From contig OZ252279.1 in the NCBI GenBank assembly GCA_965250005.1, forward strand, positions 870,001 through 902,000: 32,000 bases of DNA, written 5' to 3'. Under the pieces are notes generated by a model. That model did not search any database, had not been told where the DNA came from, and saw only the letters and a list, made by a program, of their open reading frames with translations. The DNA is from Demequinaceae bacterium (GTDB lineage: Bacteria; Actinomycetota; Actinomycetes; Actinomycetales; Demequinaceae). Each line of letters opens with the position of its first letter. Within the stretch, counting starts at the first letter, position 1. The position numbers and the translations under genes are program-made. Of the stretch, positions 30,575-32,000 are shown in pieces.

Positions 30575-32000
30575 ATGCCAGGCGTTGAGCAACTCTTTAC
30601 CGCGACCTTCCATGACTCGCCGATCGGTATGGCGGTCCTCGACGCTGCTGGCAGTTACATCGACGTGAACGCCGCGTTCACTGCGCTCGTCGAGTACGAA
30701 AGAGAAGAGTTGCTGGGCAACAGTTTCACGTTCCTGACCCACCCCGAGGACGTGGCGCGCGACATCGAGTTGTTGAGCCAATTGACGCAGCGGGACTTCC
30801 CGTATTACCAAACGCAGAAGAGATACACGACCAAGAGCGGCGAGACGGTTTGGGTGCGGGCCACTGTGGTCGGCGTACACGCCTCAGACGGCGGCGAACT
30901 CTCCAACGTGGTGGTCCAAATTGAGGACGTTACGGAGGCGCGCTCGGCGCGGGCGCAGCTCGAGGAGCGCGCGTTCTACGACTCGCTCACTGGCCTCGCC
31001 AATCGCGAATTGCTGATCGAGCACATCAAGGCAGCAATTTCCTCGCACGAAGACACCAATACCTCGATCGCTCTCGTCTTCCTCGACCTCGACCACTTCA
31101 AATTGGTGAACGATTCGCTCGGCCACGACGCCGGCGATCACCTGCTTGCCGTGATCGCCCAGCGACTGCAATCCGCGGTGCGCCGAGGCGACACCGTCGC
31201 GCGGCTCGGTGGCGATGAATTCGTTGTGCTCCTCACAGGCTTGGCGAACGAGAAAGAGGCCGAGGAGCGTGCTGCCATCATTACGAAGGGCGCCCAGCGG
31301 CCAGTGTCGCTCTCGCAGCACGAGGTCATCCCCACGCTCAGCGCTGGCGTTGCGTTCGTCGACGAAGTGATTAACGCAGAAACCCTGCTCCGAGACGCGG
31401 ACACGGCGATGTACGCAGCTAAGCAGTCCGGGCTCTCAGGGATCACTATCTACGACAAGGCGCTACGCGATGAAGTATCGAGCCGCCTCGAAATCGAGGA
31501 GGAGTTACGCGAAGCGCTCCGCGAGGGCGAGCTCCGCGTGCATTACCAGCCGGTCGTTGATCTGCAGCAGTTGCGCATAGTGGGCTATGAAGCTTTGGTT
31601 CGGTGGCAGCACCCCAAACGCGGATTACTCGCACCCGCTGACTTCATCGCCGTCGCCATCCAGGGTGGACTCATTGTCCCGATAGGCAAGTTCGTCGTGC
31701 GGCAAGCGTGCAACCTGTTGCTCAACAACCCCAACTTTCTAGGGCAGATATACATCAACGTGTCTCCGCGCCAAGTGGGCCCTGCCTCCATGGCGACGGT
31801 CATCTCAAAGGCCCTGCGAGACAGCGAAGTTGACCCGAAGCGCCTGTGCGTCGAAATCACGGAGGCCGGCGTTCTCTCCGCGAACCGGATCGCGCGCGAG
31901 GACATCGACGCCATTGCGGCGCTTGGCGTCGACCTGGCGATCGACGACTTCGGCACAAGTTACGCCGCGTTGTCCTCGCTGGTACGGCACCCGATCTCGC
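30575..32000 (+). CDS. PAS-GGDEF-EAL protein, truncated by the window edge
   Basis: AAGGAGG precedes the ATG. MPGVEQLFTATFHDSPIGMAVLDAAGSYIDVNAAF...; DSLTGLANRELL, RLGGDEFVVLL, YEALVRWQHP, INVSPRQ, DDFGTSYAALSSL. Confidence 0.93.
   Translation, partial: MPGVEQLFTATFHDSPIGMAVLDAAGSYIDVNAAFTALVEYEREELLGNSFTFLTHPEDVARDIELLSQLTQRDFPYYQTQKRYTTKSGETVWVRATVVGVHASDGGELSNVVVQIEDVTEARSARAQLEERAFYDSLTGLANRELLIEHIKAAISSHEDTNTSIALVFLDLDHFKLVNDSLGHDAGDHLLAVIAQRLQSAVRRGDTVARLGGDEFVVLLTGLANEKEAEERAAIITKGAQRPVSLSQHEVIPTLSAGVAFVDEVINAETLLRDADTAMYAAKQSGLSGITIYDKALRDEVSSRLEIEEELREALREGELRVHYQPVVDLQQLRIVGYEALVRWQHPKRGLLAPADFIAVAIQGGLIVPIGKFVVRQACNLLLNNPNFLGQIYINVSPRQVGPASMATVISKALRDSEVDPKRLCVEITEAGVLSANRIAREDIDAIAALGVDLAIDDFGTSYAALSSLVRHPIS

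Overview
High-GC, actinobacterial-type chromosomal window. Its core is a right-to-left branched-chain amino acid block: an ilvB leader peptide and attenuator, then ilvB, ilvN, ilvC, leuB and three complete ilvE-like aminotransferase genes, with a DUF2568-like membrane protein between two of them. A fourth ilvE C-terminal relic lies at 443..517. ilvD is nearby, and gatCAB is at the right. Signalling genes are a hybrid histidine kinase translationally coupled to a REC-EAL protein, and a PAS-GGDEF-EAL protein running off the right edge. The accessory portion (about 13.2-24.2 kb) holds a large secreted beta-helix-type protein, two degraded relatives of it, a TipAS-like fragment, an M6-type metalloprotease pseudogene and a DUF1801-like gene with an internal stop. 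The most notable observations are: (1) the 3+1 ilvE paralog array; (2) a leader peptide [14 protein letters not shown] followed by a terminator; (3) a perfect 16 x 12 bp minisatellite just upstream of a Rossmann-fold gene, with its unit plus one base (13 nt) recurring in the ilvB leader; (4) two broken genes, each repaired by adding one G to a GGGG run; (5) a 3-kb gene-debris zone. I found no convincing transposase, CRISPR array, tRNA or rRNA, and cannot claim a demonstrated novel defence or biosynthetic system.
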